Part shown: positions 49,020 through 60,779 of the stretch, piece by piece
Layout: every line of letters begins with the position of its first letter
How positions within the stretch are numbered: the first letter of the stretch is position 1
Assembly (NCBI GenBank): GCA_013265495.1
Contig: MU062559.1
Span: forward strand, 5,084,215-5,148,214
Reading direction: 5' to 3'
Length of the DNA: 64,000 nt
Source of the DNA: Vicugna vicugna
Taxonomy: Eukaryota
Notes under the pieces: generated by a model
What the model was told of the DNA's origin: nothing
Database searches by the model: none
The model's input: the letters and a program-made list of their open reading frames with translations, nothing else
Position numbers and translations under genes: made by a program

Positions 49020-49110
49020 CACTCTCCCAAAAACAGCCCTGTGAGGTGGGCACCATCATCCCCATTTACTTCAGGTGAGGAAACTGAAACTCAGAGGTGG
49101 TGCCAGTTCA
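49020..49110 (-). mobile_element. MIR fragment
   Basis: acagccctgtgaggtgggcaccatcatccccattt...gaggaaactgaaactcagagg. Confidence 0.75.
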
Positions 49111-50693
49111 CAGGCACTGAGTGGTCCCTGCGCTTCCTCCCCTTTGCCTCATTTGAAGGCGCACAGACCCTGGAGGTGGGTACCCTTGTTGTCCCCCATG
49201 TGTAGTTCAGGAAATGGGGTACTTTGCCTGAGGTCAGTCAACCAGGACATGGGCTCATTTGAACTCTGGTGGCCTGAATCCTGAGCCTTCCCTGGCCCTG
49301 GTCACCATGGTGCCATGAGGCCCTCAGACTCACAGCCAGTCGCTGAAGGAGCCAGATTTCAACCCAGTATGTCTGGCTTGGGACACTTGGACAGGGAACT
49401 TCTGACTCCTTTCTCAGTTCTGGCCGCCTTCTTTCCATAAAACCCTGGGGGCTCCCTCTGGCTATGCCCACAGCCAGCATCCTTGGGGACCGTCCTTACC
49501 AGCTCCCCTCCTCCTGCTGACTTGGTTCCAGGTCACCCCCCACCTTCTGCCACTGCCGTCCCCTTTACGGCAGGGTCCCCCACTGCAGGCAGAATCACAT
49601 GGAAAGTCCCCAGCCTCCAAGACCCACCACAGCTTTCTTTCCCAGGCTTCTTGTCCCGACAAGCAAGGCTCCCACCAAACCAGGCCTCAGGCCCAGACCC
49701 CAGGAAGGAGGGGCCACCCCCAGCCTCAGGTCTGGTCCAGGTGCTGCAGGAAGGAGAAAGCACTTCTGGCTAGGGAACAGGGGAGGCTTCCAGGAGGGAG
49801 CATCTCTTAAGGTAGGTCCTGAAGGAGAGGCGGGCTGGGAGTAGGGCGGCAGCATTGAGGCAGAATCGGCAGCGTAGGGAAGCTGAGGCAGGATGGCTGG
49901 GTCTGCGGCCTCTGGCCAGGAAAGGGAGTCATTCAGAGCAGCCCCTCAGAACACGGGAGCAGGTGCTGCCCTCCCTAAAACCTTCAGGAGGGGCCTGGAA
50001 GGGCACGTGGGCAGTGGGGTGAACTGAGGGCTGCGGTGCTGACAACTTTCCCTCAGGTGGAGGTTTCAAAGTGCCTGCTGGTGGCTGAGGGCCGGAGTCC
50101 AGTTCTATCACCAGGTGTTACTAACCTGCTGTTGCCTTGACCATGTCACTCCTCTCACTTAGTCTCAGGGTTCTCATCTGTAAAATCGGGGAATGGGTTG
50201 GGGCAAATTAAGCCAGCAGTCATTTTTCCAGATTTGTTGTTGTTGTTTAGCATTAGAGCCTGGAAGCTCTTCTTAAAGGAGGTCCTTTTGGGAGTCTTAA
50301 GAACAATGGATAAAATTGGAGCTGTGTGAACTGATGCGGGAGGGAGGGGCCCAGGGGCTGATCAGCTTCCCCTCTTGTGTCTGCTCTGTGAGGATGTTTG
50401 ACAACCTCTCAGTTTGGTATCTGTCATGACAGGGATTCCGCGGTTCTGACACCCCCTCACCCATGCCGTGATGGTCCCCTGACTGCCACTGCCCATCCCC
50501 AGCTCAAGGCTGGGGCCCCGCCTTCACGCTAGTCCCTCCGGGGCTGTCGCTGGCCTTAGAAGGGGCCTTAAGTCCCAGCCAGGGAAAAGAAGGAGGAATT
50601 CAAGTCTCCCGGGAATCAGTACTGAATTATCCGCATTTCTGTGCGCCTAAGTCCTGGCGTGGGGGAGGGGACAGCCTCCAGGGACAAAGAACG

Positions 50694-50705
50694 TGCGCGT
50701 GCGCA
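50694..50705. promoter_or_regulatory. NRF1-type motif TGCGCGTGCGCA
   Basis: One mismatch to the palindromic TGCGCATGCGCA, in a small CpG-enriched patch. Confidence 0.45.
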
Positions 50706-50819
50706 GTACCACAGGGCCTTGGGAACCAGGTCCAGCAGTCGGGTCGCCCATCCAGAGCACCTACTGCATACACGACCTGCTTGTGGGCATTTATGACAGC
50801 AAGTGTGTCTGTACCAGTG

Positions 50820-51080
50820 TGTGGCTTCTGCGACATGAACCAATATTTTAAATGTGCACAACCTTTGACCTAGAGATACTATTTATCAAAGTATACACCT
50901 TTCTAAGAAAAAACATAAATTTGGGTAATAACAGAAAATTGGAAACTGCTTAAATGTCCTTAAGATAAGCTTGATAAATTAAGGGGTAACCATAGGATGA
51001 AATAACGCAGCAACCGTCAGAGAATCCAATCTTTCCAAGAGGCACAGGTGAGAAAACATACAAAACAGTGTATGCAAAAC
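50820..51080 (+). mobile_element. Degenerate L1ME-like 3' fragment
   Basis: atgtgcacaacctttgacctagagatact...cagaaaattggaaactgcttaaatgtcc...cataggatgaaataacgcagc. Confidence 0.55.
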
Positions 51081-51699
51081 CATCTCTCTCTCTCTCTCTC
51101 TTTTTTTTTTTTTTGGTTAAAACAAAATGCATGTCAGAAAAAGGAGGTGATGATGACTTTCTGGGGTTTGTCTGTGTGGTCTTCTCTGTCTGCAGTCTAG
51201 GGGTCACTTCTATGATGATGGGGCAGCAACCAGTTTTAAAAGAAAATTAGAGGAAAAGGGAAAACAAAAATCCAAAGCTCCCACACAAATTCTGCTGAGT
51301 GGCCCACCCATGGCACACAGGGATGTGAGGGCCTGGCAGCTCACGGCTGCCCTCTCCTCCCCTTTTTCCTTGGCTTCTCTATCACTCAGGTAATGTGACC
51401 CCCCTGGAGAGTCTCCATCCCCTGGGCTCCTCTTTCTAAGGCCAACTGCATTTCCTGGGCTCAGGGCTCAGACTTGAAGAGGGAGAGGCGGCCTTAGGCC
51501 TTAGGCTGTGGCTGAGAGGAAAATCATCTGTCCAACACTCAGTGCGTCCAGGAATTGGAGTGGGTCCGCAGGACCCTCTGAGATTGGGTGGTCCTGTCTG
51601 CCAAGGGTTTCTGCCTCTTCAGTCAGTTATCCTGTAGTAAGACACTGCAGATGGCCCTTGGTCTGCAGAGAGACAGCAGAAACATACGTCAAGGGTCTC

Positions 51700-51840
51700 G
51701 CATTTCCACGCCCTGTGCTCAAAGGTCTATGTAGATTATTGAAGTTAAGCCTAACGTTCCTATGAGGTAGATATGTTTTTATTCTGATGTTGCAGATGAG
51801 GAAACTGAGGCTCACAGAGGCGAGGTAACACCAGTCAGGA
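51700..51840 (-). mobile_element. MIR fragment
   Basis: cctatgaggtagatatgtttttatt...gcagatgaggaaactgaggctcacagaggcgaggtaac. Confidence 0.75.
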
Positions 51841-52656
51841 CAGGAAAGCCAGCAGCCACTCCTAGCCGCTGGCAGGGCTCAGCCCCAGTCTCCTAGATTT
51901 GTTCCAGTGGGGCCAGGTCTTAACCCTTTCCTGGATCAGGAAGGCAGTGGGAGGTCCCTTCTATGGCTGCTCAGCTGGACCCCTGGTTGGGACAGGTCCG
52001 ACCAGGCCCTCTGCTCCCAGGCCCAGCCAGCCCTGCCACAGGTGGGCGGAGCCGGAGCCTGGGCATGGACAGGCTATTCCTGCTGCCCGCCCCTCACCGC
52101 GTACAGAATGGACAGTTTTACCCCTTTAGGGCACATGGCCAGCCGCCCTTGGATGGGCCCCAGCCTGTTCCTGGGTGAAGAACGGTCTCCCAAAGGGCCG
52201 GGGTGGATGGGGGTGTGGCCTGGAGGCCTGGGCTTATGTTCCTTGCATCACGGGGAGCCAGGCCTGATCCCGCCATGCTCCCTTCACCCACCAGGGTCTC
52301 ACTTTCCTGGCTGTGGGGGCTGCCCCTTGAGGTGGGTCTGCGTCCTGAGTAGCAGGTGTTCTGAGTTGGTCTGACCAGCGTCACCTTGTAAGACAGCAGG
52401 GTATGGAGGAGGGGAGGAGGGCCAAGGAGGGAACGTCTGGGACAGACAGTGCAGGACAAGAGGGCAAGAACTGAGCAGACAGACAAGAATGAGAGCTGGA
52501 AACAGAGTCAGCAAAAGCAGGCAACAGAAAATTCAGAGAGACTCATGGAGAACACAGGAGGATGCCCAGTGGGTGCAGCAGCTGTGGGACTGGGGCAGGG
52601 TGAGGGGTGGAGCCCAGGGAGAGTTGTCAGATATAGCAAATAAAAATGTAAGATTC

Positions 52657-52768
52657 CAGAGCGGGTGGTGTAGCTCGGTGGTGGAGCATATATGCTTGGC
52701 ACACACGGGGTCCTGGCTTCAATCTCCAGTTCCTCCGTTAAAACAACAACAACAACAACAAAAACAAA
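52657..52768 (+). mobile_element. Diverged Vic-1-type SINE with (CAA)n tail, nested in the MER53-like element
   Basis: gggtggtgtagctcggtggtggagcatatatgcttggcacacacggggtcctggcttcaatctccagttcctcc; 7-bp repeat aagattc at 52650-52656 and 52769-52775. Confidence 0.75.
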
Positions 52769-52842
52769 AAGATTCTCAGTCCAAGTTCAATTTCAAAGAA
52801 ACAATGAATACTTTTTTGTAGTATAAGTATGTCCTATGTGAT

Positions 52843-53048
52843 CCGTTGATCCTTGAATAATACGAATTTGAACTGCCCGGCCCCACTTATATGTGGATTT
52901 TTGTCAGTAGTAAATACTACCGTACCATGCGATTCGCATTTGGTTGGATCCTCCGAGAACCTTGGATACGGAGGAAGCACGTATGTAGAGGGCCGACTAT
53001 AAGTTGGATTGGGTGGAGGGTTGGTGGCCCTAATCCCTACGTTGTTCG
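52843..53048. mobile_element. Tigger2/MER8-like TcMar MITE nested in the MER53-like element
   Basis: ccgttgatccttgaataatacgaatttgaactgcccggccccacttatatgtggatt...gagggccgactataag...ccctaatccctacgttgttc. Confidence 0.75.
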
Positions 53049-53195
53049 TGTATTTGGGACATGTTTATACAAGAAAAAGGATTCACTGTTCTCAGAAATT
53101 CCTAACTGACTGGCATTGTGTGTTTTATATGGCAACCCTAAACCCAGGACCTACGATTTTCTCAGCTGAAGAGGCCACTGGGAAGGCATCTAATT

Positions 53196-53209
53196 GCGCC
53201 CTCTGGCCA
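53196..53209 (-). promoter_or_regulatory. Candidate CTCF site (reverse)
   Basis: Reverse complement TGGCCAGAGGGCGC; the 3' core AGAGGGCGC matches, the 5' part is imperfect. Confidence 0.4.
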
Positions 53210-55724
53210 CTGACACCCATCTCTACACAGCCAGGAAGGGATCCTCCTTGTCCTGTGACACACTCACTTTTGTGGGGGCCAGGCCTTGCCCCAGCACAGG
53301 GAAACGCTGACCCACAACAGGGCTCCTCCCTCAAATGCCAGCTCGGAGTTTTAGAAGCCACTCTACCCAGACCTGTGACATACCAGCCTGTGCGCCCATA
53401 AACCACCCAAGGAGCACAGGTGGGCTGAGGAGCTGAGCCTGGAGGTTCCTCAAGGGATGAATGGCAGTGGATCATCTGGTACAAGTGCTCAGAGGATGCA
53501 CAGCCTCTGCTAAGGGTATCCAGGCACGAGGGGCCAGACCAGGGAAATACCCCAGCCCACCCCAGGCAGTCTGTTGGAACAACATGGAACCCCTTGGCTG
53601 GAAGGGATTTCCAACTCTGCTTTCTGAATGAGTGTCTGGAGGCCCAGAAGGGCAGTTCTGGGTGAGAGCCCAGGCCCTTTGGCCCCCAGGGCTGTGCTCG
53701 CCACTGTGGTGTGGAGTGTCACCACAGCACTGTGGCCGGTGGCCATGACATATTACTGAACCTCATGAGGATCTAGCATTTTCTATTTAGCAAAACAAAG
53801 TTCTCTCCCCTCCTTTGTCTCATTTGAGATGCACAGCCACTCCAGATGCAGATGGAACCACCAGCATTGGCCTTGCTTTTACAAATGCAGGCACTAAGGT
53901 GCTTACAAGAAACCAGCCCAAAGTACTCCAAAGAGGTGGTGGTAGAGCTCCAGCCAGAACCGGAGCCATCTTGGCTGGAGGCAAAATGAGGAGCCCCAGG
54001 GCCACTTGTTGCTAATTCTTCAGCCAGTCCTGTTAGGGACCCAGAGAAATTACCTAGCTTCTACAGACAGAAACTCAAGTTCATGGGCATGCTTTGGATG
54101 CTGAAATATTTTGTGTATTTGCACACAGCATCCCCACCACCACCCCCGCTCCAGTCTTGGTAGATTCCAATTTGTGCTAGAAGGGACTCTGTAAACTTAA
54201 GATAACAGAGGGGCCTCCAGCAACCCCTCCCCCTCCCCCTGGCAAGCTGAGCCCCCACCCTGCCCTCTGCAAAGGTTCTGGCTGGCCTTGGAGCCCAGGG
54301 CTCTGAATTCCCCACTGCCTGCTTGGCTTGAATGGATTACTTCTGCTTCTCCCTGCACCTCAGTTTCCCCACCAGTGTAGTGGGTGGAAATAGCTGTCAT
54401 CTCAGGCTCCTAGTGGCCCAGAGTGATGCCCTGTTTGATTACAAAGTGGATTAAAAGTCTTGTGTACTTGATACAAGTAACTGGATCGCTGTACATGGAT
54501 AGTTTCGTTGAAAAGCGGCCTCAGGTGGCCTTTCACCAGGCTCCCTACCCCTCCCTTCAAGCCCCCATGGAAAGGGCTGAGAAGGAAAGAGAGAAAGATG
54601 ATAGGCTCCTCCTGGCGCCCTGAGGTATCACTGTTGGCAGCTCATTCCTGCAAGAGCTCCCGGGAAGACCCAGCAGGCCTGGGCGCCTAGGACAGGCGGG
54701 CCCCTGTTCAGCCCTCGTTCCTCCCAAGCTGGGGGCTGGACTCTCCCTAAAAGGGCCGTGATGGCCAGACAGTGGGCTCAGACCAGAGGGCAGGGTTCCT
54801 GCAGAACGCATGGAGGTGTTCAGATGCCCGAGCATGGAACACAAGGTCAGATCTGGCCTCTGGTCAAGACCTAGTCCACTCCTGTCCCCTGGACATCCAG
54901 GTAGAGGAAAAGTGTAAGCTGCCCCAAGGGAAGCTGCCACCCTGTTGCAAGGCCACTGTTAGTCAGTCCTTGACATACAAGGAGTAAGGACTCACTGGGA
55001 CCCCTGAGGTCAGTGCATGGATAAGTGTTCAGTCACCGCCTTTATGTTAGCTGGTGGTTCAATGTGCTTCTGTCCCCTCCTTTGTGGGTTAAACAAAGGA
55101 GGCTGCTCTTTTTCTGCACACAGCTCTTTTGTAGACGGTCTTCTATCGTCTGCTCCTTCTGAAAGAGGCCTCAAATAAACAAATGCATAAGTGACATGTG
55201 TCCTGGTGGTTTTCAGGAAGCTGGACTTTAATGGAGTAGCATTCTCATGACGAACACCAGCTTCCCCTCCCAGGTGACAGGGAAGCATAATGCCAATACC
55301 AAGTCTTCAGGTGGCCCCAGCCAGTTGAAGCCACAGGCTGCAAATGGCTGCTGTGTGTGGCCCAAGGCTTGTGTGGACTGGGACATCTGGGCTGGCTTGT
55401 TTGACTTCAAATGGATAGAAAGTCTACCAGATTCTAAACTTTGCAGCAGGGTGACATTCTCCATGGTTATGGCTGATGCTGGATTTGGGGGCTGTAGAAG
55501 AAAGTTTGAAATTCATAGTTTTGTTACCAGCATAGTTTTGTCACTGGCAAAGTTGGCCAGATGGGGTCAAGGTCCATCTAGAGCTCAGGATGTGGGGCTA
55601 CTTCCCCCTCTGCTGGGAGCCTCAGGGCCCTTCCAGAATATCCACGCTCCTTCTCGTCATATACAATAGACAGAGGGTTGGCAGGGCATTAAGACAGAAC
55701 GGTTGAGTCCTAGCCCTGTCCCAC

Positions 55725-55975
55725 CTTAGCTGAGTGACCAAATGACTGAAACTTTAACACCACACTTTCCTCATCCATAAAATGGGCCCAATAATGCTTA
55801 CCTCACACAGCTGTGGGGAGGACTGTACAGCACCCTCCTGGGTGTTGTTATTTTTTTTAATGAATTATAGTCCAGAAAAAGAAACTGTGTTCATTAACAA
55901 ATGTCATTTATTTATTTGACAAACATTTAACGAGTGCCTATCATGTGCCAGACAGGTATTGTCAACACCTGCGCT
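55725..55975. mobile_element. MIR fragment (+) followed by an L2 3' end (-)
   Basis: tttcctcatccataaaatgggcccaataatgcttacctcacac; catttatttatttgacaaacatttaacgagtgcctatcatgtgccagac. Confidence 0.7.
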
Positions 55976-56289
55976 CTCAGACAATCCGAGGTGGGGGCCT
56001 GAGCTCGCAGGTAGGGAGCACACACAGCAACACGCAGCCTGTGTGGTCCTGAGGCATTTCGTGTCTGAATTTTTGTGAGGAAAATAGAAGGTACAGCAAA
56101 TGTGATTAGAGTCTTCAGGAGGAATTTCTTGGTTTTTTAACCTCTTGACTGAGGGCAACAGAAGCAACAGTCCAGGGGTCTGGGAGCCAAGATCAAAGCC
56201 ACTGTGTTAGGAGAACAGTTCTCTAAACGTGTCTCAGCTAGAACTAGCCAGCGGCTGGCTGAGGCCTACTCTGGCCCCCAGGAGACGTA

Positions 56290-56480
56290 AGTGGGCAGAG
56301 CGGACTCCTTGGATTCGACAGCCAAAGATCTAGGGTTCAAGCCTCAGCTCCGCCCTTCTCTAGCTTGGGACTTGAATGAGTCACTCAGTCTCCTGGAGCC
56401 TCAGTTTCCTCACCGGTGGAGTGGGATTGTCCTGAGAATCCGAGGAGATGAAGGTGTGAAAGCTCTCTGTAAACAGCCAG
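56290..56480 (+). mobile_element. MIR
   Basis: agatctagggttcaagcctcagctcc...ggacttgaatgagtcactcagtctcctggagcctcagtttcctcacc. Confidence 0.75.
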
Positions 56481-56829
56481 GTGGCATTGTCGGGCCTAGG
56501 AGTGAGGAAACCTGGGTCTGAGCCTGCGTCCACCAAGTGCCCTTAGTGGGAACTTGGAAAATGCACACTCTCATCAAATCTCAGATCTTCCCAAACAACT
56601 AGGGTTTGAAGGGGAAAATTTTGTAAACCATGATCTATCTGGTCTCTGTCAAGGCCGCTGGCTTCCTAGGCCCACCCCTGGCCCAGGCTCCCTAGGTGTC
56701 CCTGGTGGCTCCAAGGTGCCTGGGGTCCTTCACTATGGCACTTCACTCCATGACATTTCCTCATGACACTCCAGAGCCAGGCCCTTGTTCCTAGCCTCCT
56801 CAAAACATACCCATCCAGGCACCCACGCA

Positions 56830-57650
56830 CATGAAATGTGCTCAGCATTGCTAGGTATCAGGGAAATGCAAACTGAAACCACAAGATGTAGCCTCGGATG
56901 CTAAAACTGAAACGACTGGCAGGTCAAGTGCTAGCAAGGATGTGGAGCAACTGGAACTCGCATTTCTCTCATTAGTCAAGGGAAATGAAAATTGGTGTTA
57001 GCTTGTTGATAGCTTCAGATTGCCACGAGGGGAGAATTTATACCTCAGAAGCCAGCAAAGGCTCCAGATCAGGGCTTCTCCCCATCCCAGAGAGCTGGTT
57101 GTTAAATATTTAGCAGCCACAGTCTCTGATGAAAACGCGCCCACAAAGAGATTTGTACATGAATGTTCATAGTAACATAGTATTCATGATAGCCCCAAAT
57201 TGGAAATAACCCCAGTGTAACCAACTGGTGAATAGATGAACAAACTGCGGCACCTCCAGACGATGGAATACGACTCAGTAATAAAAAGGAGCGAACAAGT
57301 AATACATGTAACCTGGATGAATCTCAAAGGCGTTATCTAAGTGAAAGTGGCCAGATGCGAAAGATTACACACTATATAATTGCATTTATATTAAATTCTA
57401 GAAAAGGCAAAACAGCAATAGAAAGCAGATCAGTAGTTTCCAGGGGCTGATGGGGTGATGGGTGGGGAGGTAGGGGAGATAGGACATTGACCTGGAAGGG
57501 GCATGAGGCAAATTATAGGGGTGATGGAAATGTTCTATGTTCTAATTGTGGTGGTGGTTACATGGGTGCATATACCTGTCAAAGCTCATGTAATTGTAGG
57601 CTTAAAATTGATTAATTTTATTGTATGAAAATTATATCTCAACAAAGTTG
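56830..57650 (+). mobile_element. L1ME/L1MD-like 3' end
   Basis: caaggatgtggagcaactggaactc...gtacatgaatgttcatag...cctggatgaatctcaaag...ggtgatggaaatgttctatg...attatatctcaacaaagttg. Confidence 0.85.
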
Positions 57651-59841
57651 TCCCCAAACACCCCAAATCTAAAAACGTATCCATTCTATGTCCCGTGGCT
57701 TTAGATCCTACTGTCTGCTGACACAGATGTGATACTGTGGGTGCAGGTCTCAGTACTAATCTTAGGGAAAACTCCTCACCTGATGACTGTCTATGGGATA
57801 GGCCAATGGGGAAGCAATTTTGAAGCAGGAGACATACCTCAAATTATCCCTCCTCCAAGGTAGGCCAGGGTCTGCTGGAGTCAAGGATGGCAAGACTGGG
57901 CAGAAGCTCCTCCTCTGTTCAGTGGCCATCCTCTCCCCTTCTGCCCTCTGCCTGGAGAAGTTGCTAACCTGTGGTTGCTGACGGGTAAATCTTGTGTCTT
58001 TTTCCCCAAAGCCTGGTGGAACGGACAGAACTGAGGACATTGAAGCTTAGAGGAAAGATAATGGGAGGAGTGTGAGGGCAGAGAGGGACCAGGACCATGT
58101 GTGCTTAGAGGGTTAGCATATGGCAAATAATGACCAGCTGTTCTCTGGTTCCAGATGGATTCAGAGAAAAATGGTCTTCATCAGTAGCAGGAAAGATTTA
58201 GGTGAGACACAGTGATGAACTTCCTGAGAGAGTTCTTGAGAAAGTGGACATGTGTGTGCTTACCCACGTAGGTGAATGTGTGTGTGAGAGTGCACATGTG
58301 TTGTAAAACCAGAGCAGGGGAACAGGGCACTGGATATACATCATTCCTGCTCTGGAGCACTTTAGGAATTAGACAAACCTCATTCTGAAATGAGCCTGGG
58401 TCCCTCCGGGCTGGGGACAGAGAGATGGACTCAGGCCTTTTCTTTAGGTACCTCGGAGGGCAATTAACTGGCTGGTCCATCAGTAAGACCCCCAAACCAG
58501 AAGTCTGTGGAGCCAGATGGGTACTTACTTCCATGGTTTGACCCCCTCCCAGACGGCCGTGTGCACTCTCTTCCCCATTAGGGCAGAAAAGACCATCTAT
58601 CACCAGCGGGGATGGTGATGTCACAGCTGCAGGCATCCGAGTGCACAGGAAGACTGTTCCAGCCCCTCTGAGGTGCTAAATCATTCATGGGGTAGAGAGG
58701 CGGGGGGCAGGAGATTTACTGCCAAGGAAACACTTTAGGGACTTGTGGAAATCAATTCTTTAAAGAGACCCCATCAGCTAGCAGGTGGCCTAAGTCTGAA
58801 GCCTGGGCGAGTAATGGGGACCCAATGAAGTAGGAACTGGGGGGTGGTGTGACTTCCTTATTCCAAAACAGACGATGGGAGCCCAAGGCTTGGGGCACAG
58901 GGTATGTCCAGATTGAAGGTAGATTCCCAGCACCCTGGGGAGGGGGCATCCAGATCTCTGGCTCTGTTGCACACACTCACCCTGTCACCCCATGGGGCTT
59001 CACCCCTTACCCATGGAGGCTCTGCAGGTCAATAAGACAGAATAAGGAACGTTGCTGGGATGTGTTTGCTGAGCCTCTTGGCTCTTTGATCTTGGACCAA
59101 CAGTCCACCCAATCTCTGCTGTAAGGGGAGTTCTAAGCCAGCTTTGGTTTCTCTGAGGTGGAATTTGGAGGGTTACTCAGTATTCATCCTCTTGTCTCAA
59201 AGAGAATGTGAGCTCCTTGAATGCCCAGTCTGTTATATGGTCTAGAATTTCAGGACCTGATGATTCAACTCCTGGAGGTACTGTGTGTTAACTTATGTGA
59301 CATTGAGAAGCAGACTGGGACTTCTGCTGCCCCACACCACACAGCACACAGTGGGAGCTTCATATCTAGCACAGTAGGGTTCTTCCAGTCCAAGTCTTCC
59401 CCAGCTCATCTACCTCTGTGTCTATGGCTACAGCACACTTCCTCCATGTGTCTTAAATAAGGAAAATGAAGGGATTGAGGAGAAAAAGAACAGCATTTTC
59501 AGTTCAGTTTTGGAAAAGCAGATATAGCTCCAGGGTTTCCTTTACAGATGAGGAAACTAAAGCCTAGGGGGGCATTCAATTTTCCAAAGCCCATGAGATG
59601 GGAAAATGGGAAGAGAAAAGGCCCCCAGAAGTCACACTGAGCAGTTTCCACCTCCCTTGAAATGACTTTGGTCATTACTAGCTAAAATGGGTGATATAGA
59701 GCAGGTGGCTGTTACGGAGAAAGGGACCTGGGATAGGTTCTGGTCCCTATTCTGCTGCCTGGCTCCTCTGCAAGATGGTTCTCACTGTGATAGGGGGATT
59801 CCTGTGGGACCCTGGTTGTGACTGCACTCTGTACCCTGCCT

Positions 59842-59950
59842 GTTTATTCACTCAGACACATATTTATGGAGTGCCTTCCAAGAGTCAGGCATGTTCACAG
59901 CAGTGAACAAGACAGGCATGACTCTTGCCTTCCTGGAGCTTGCATTTTAT
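59842..59950 (-). mobile_element. L2 3' end
   Basis: ttattcactcagacacatatttatggagtgcc...cagtgaacaagacaggcatgactcttgccttcctggagcttgcatttta. Confidence 0.75.
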
Positions 59951-60779
59951 GTTACCTGTGACTAGTGCTAAAGCCCTGGGCTGGTAATTCCCCCAATCCA
60001 ATCCACCCAAGGAGGCTAAACTGGACCCTGATCCAGCCCTCCAGGGTGCTCATAGCAGCTCTATATCCTTGACACAGCCAAAGGCCACTTCCTACAGTAG
60101 GGACCCCACAGTCTTCAGGGCAGGGCTCCCAGCTGCAGTATAAGCTGCATCGCCACCACTTTGGCCAGCCCCTCCCTCAGCTGCCATCAGTCTCAGGAGG
60201 GCTGGTCTGAACTGGTTTCCACAGGGCATGAGCCAATGCTGGACTCTGGTTCTTGGTAGAGCTTTGTGAAGAACAGACTCCAGGAGAATCGGAGATTCAG
60301 GAATTCCTGATCTGCCCAGTCTCCACCTCTTACCCTCTACATCATCTCTGGCAGGAGGGGATCTCAGCTTGCAGCCCTTGTAGTCAGGGAACTCCCCACT
60401 CCAGCCACCGCACGACTGATAACCCTCTTTCTAGGCATCCCAGCACTTGCTTTGCACTCACTTGTCAAGTTTATCCCCAGGAAAATCTTTCCTAGGTCCC
60501 CTCAGCGGTCCCCTACCACCTTGACTAGATGTCTGAGTCCACCTAAGGGACACGAATGATGGGCGTTTCTGGGGCAGGGAGCTACTGGGGCCCCACCCTA
60601 GGGAGTCCCTCAGCATTTCTTTCTTAATCATGACTCCAGGAGTTCTCTCTGGACACGCCCAACAGTCTAGGGGAAAAAGCCCCAGGCAGGCATCTGGAGA
60701 ACTGGGCTCTGGTCCCGGCTCTGGCCCGAATTCGGGCCCTATCTGGGCCTCTGATCCCTCCCTTGAACATAGGAGGGGT

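Larger units (their letters stand above)
52619..53140. mobile_element. MER53-like palindromic MITE split by two nested insertions
   Basis: Left arm gagttgtcagatatagcaaataaaaat...aatttcaaagaaacaatgaatacttttttgtagtataagtatgtcc; right arm tatttgggacatgtttatac...tatggcaacccta. Confidence 0.75.

Noticed and set aside
56734-56742. TATGGCACT, matching the first 9 nt of miR-183 (also TTTGGCAC of miR-96 at 41811 and ~40691)
   Set aside because: Matches stop after 8-9 nt and no precursor hairpin is evident; chance short matches.
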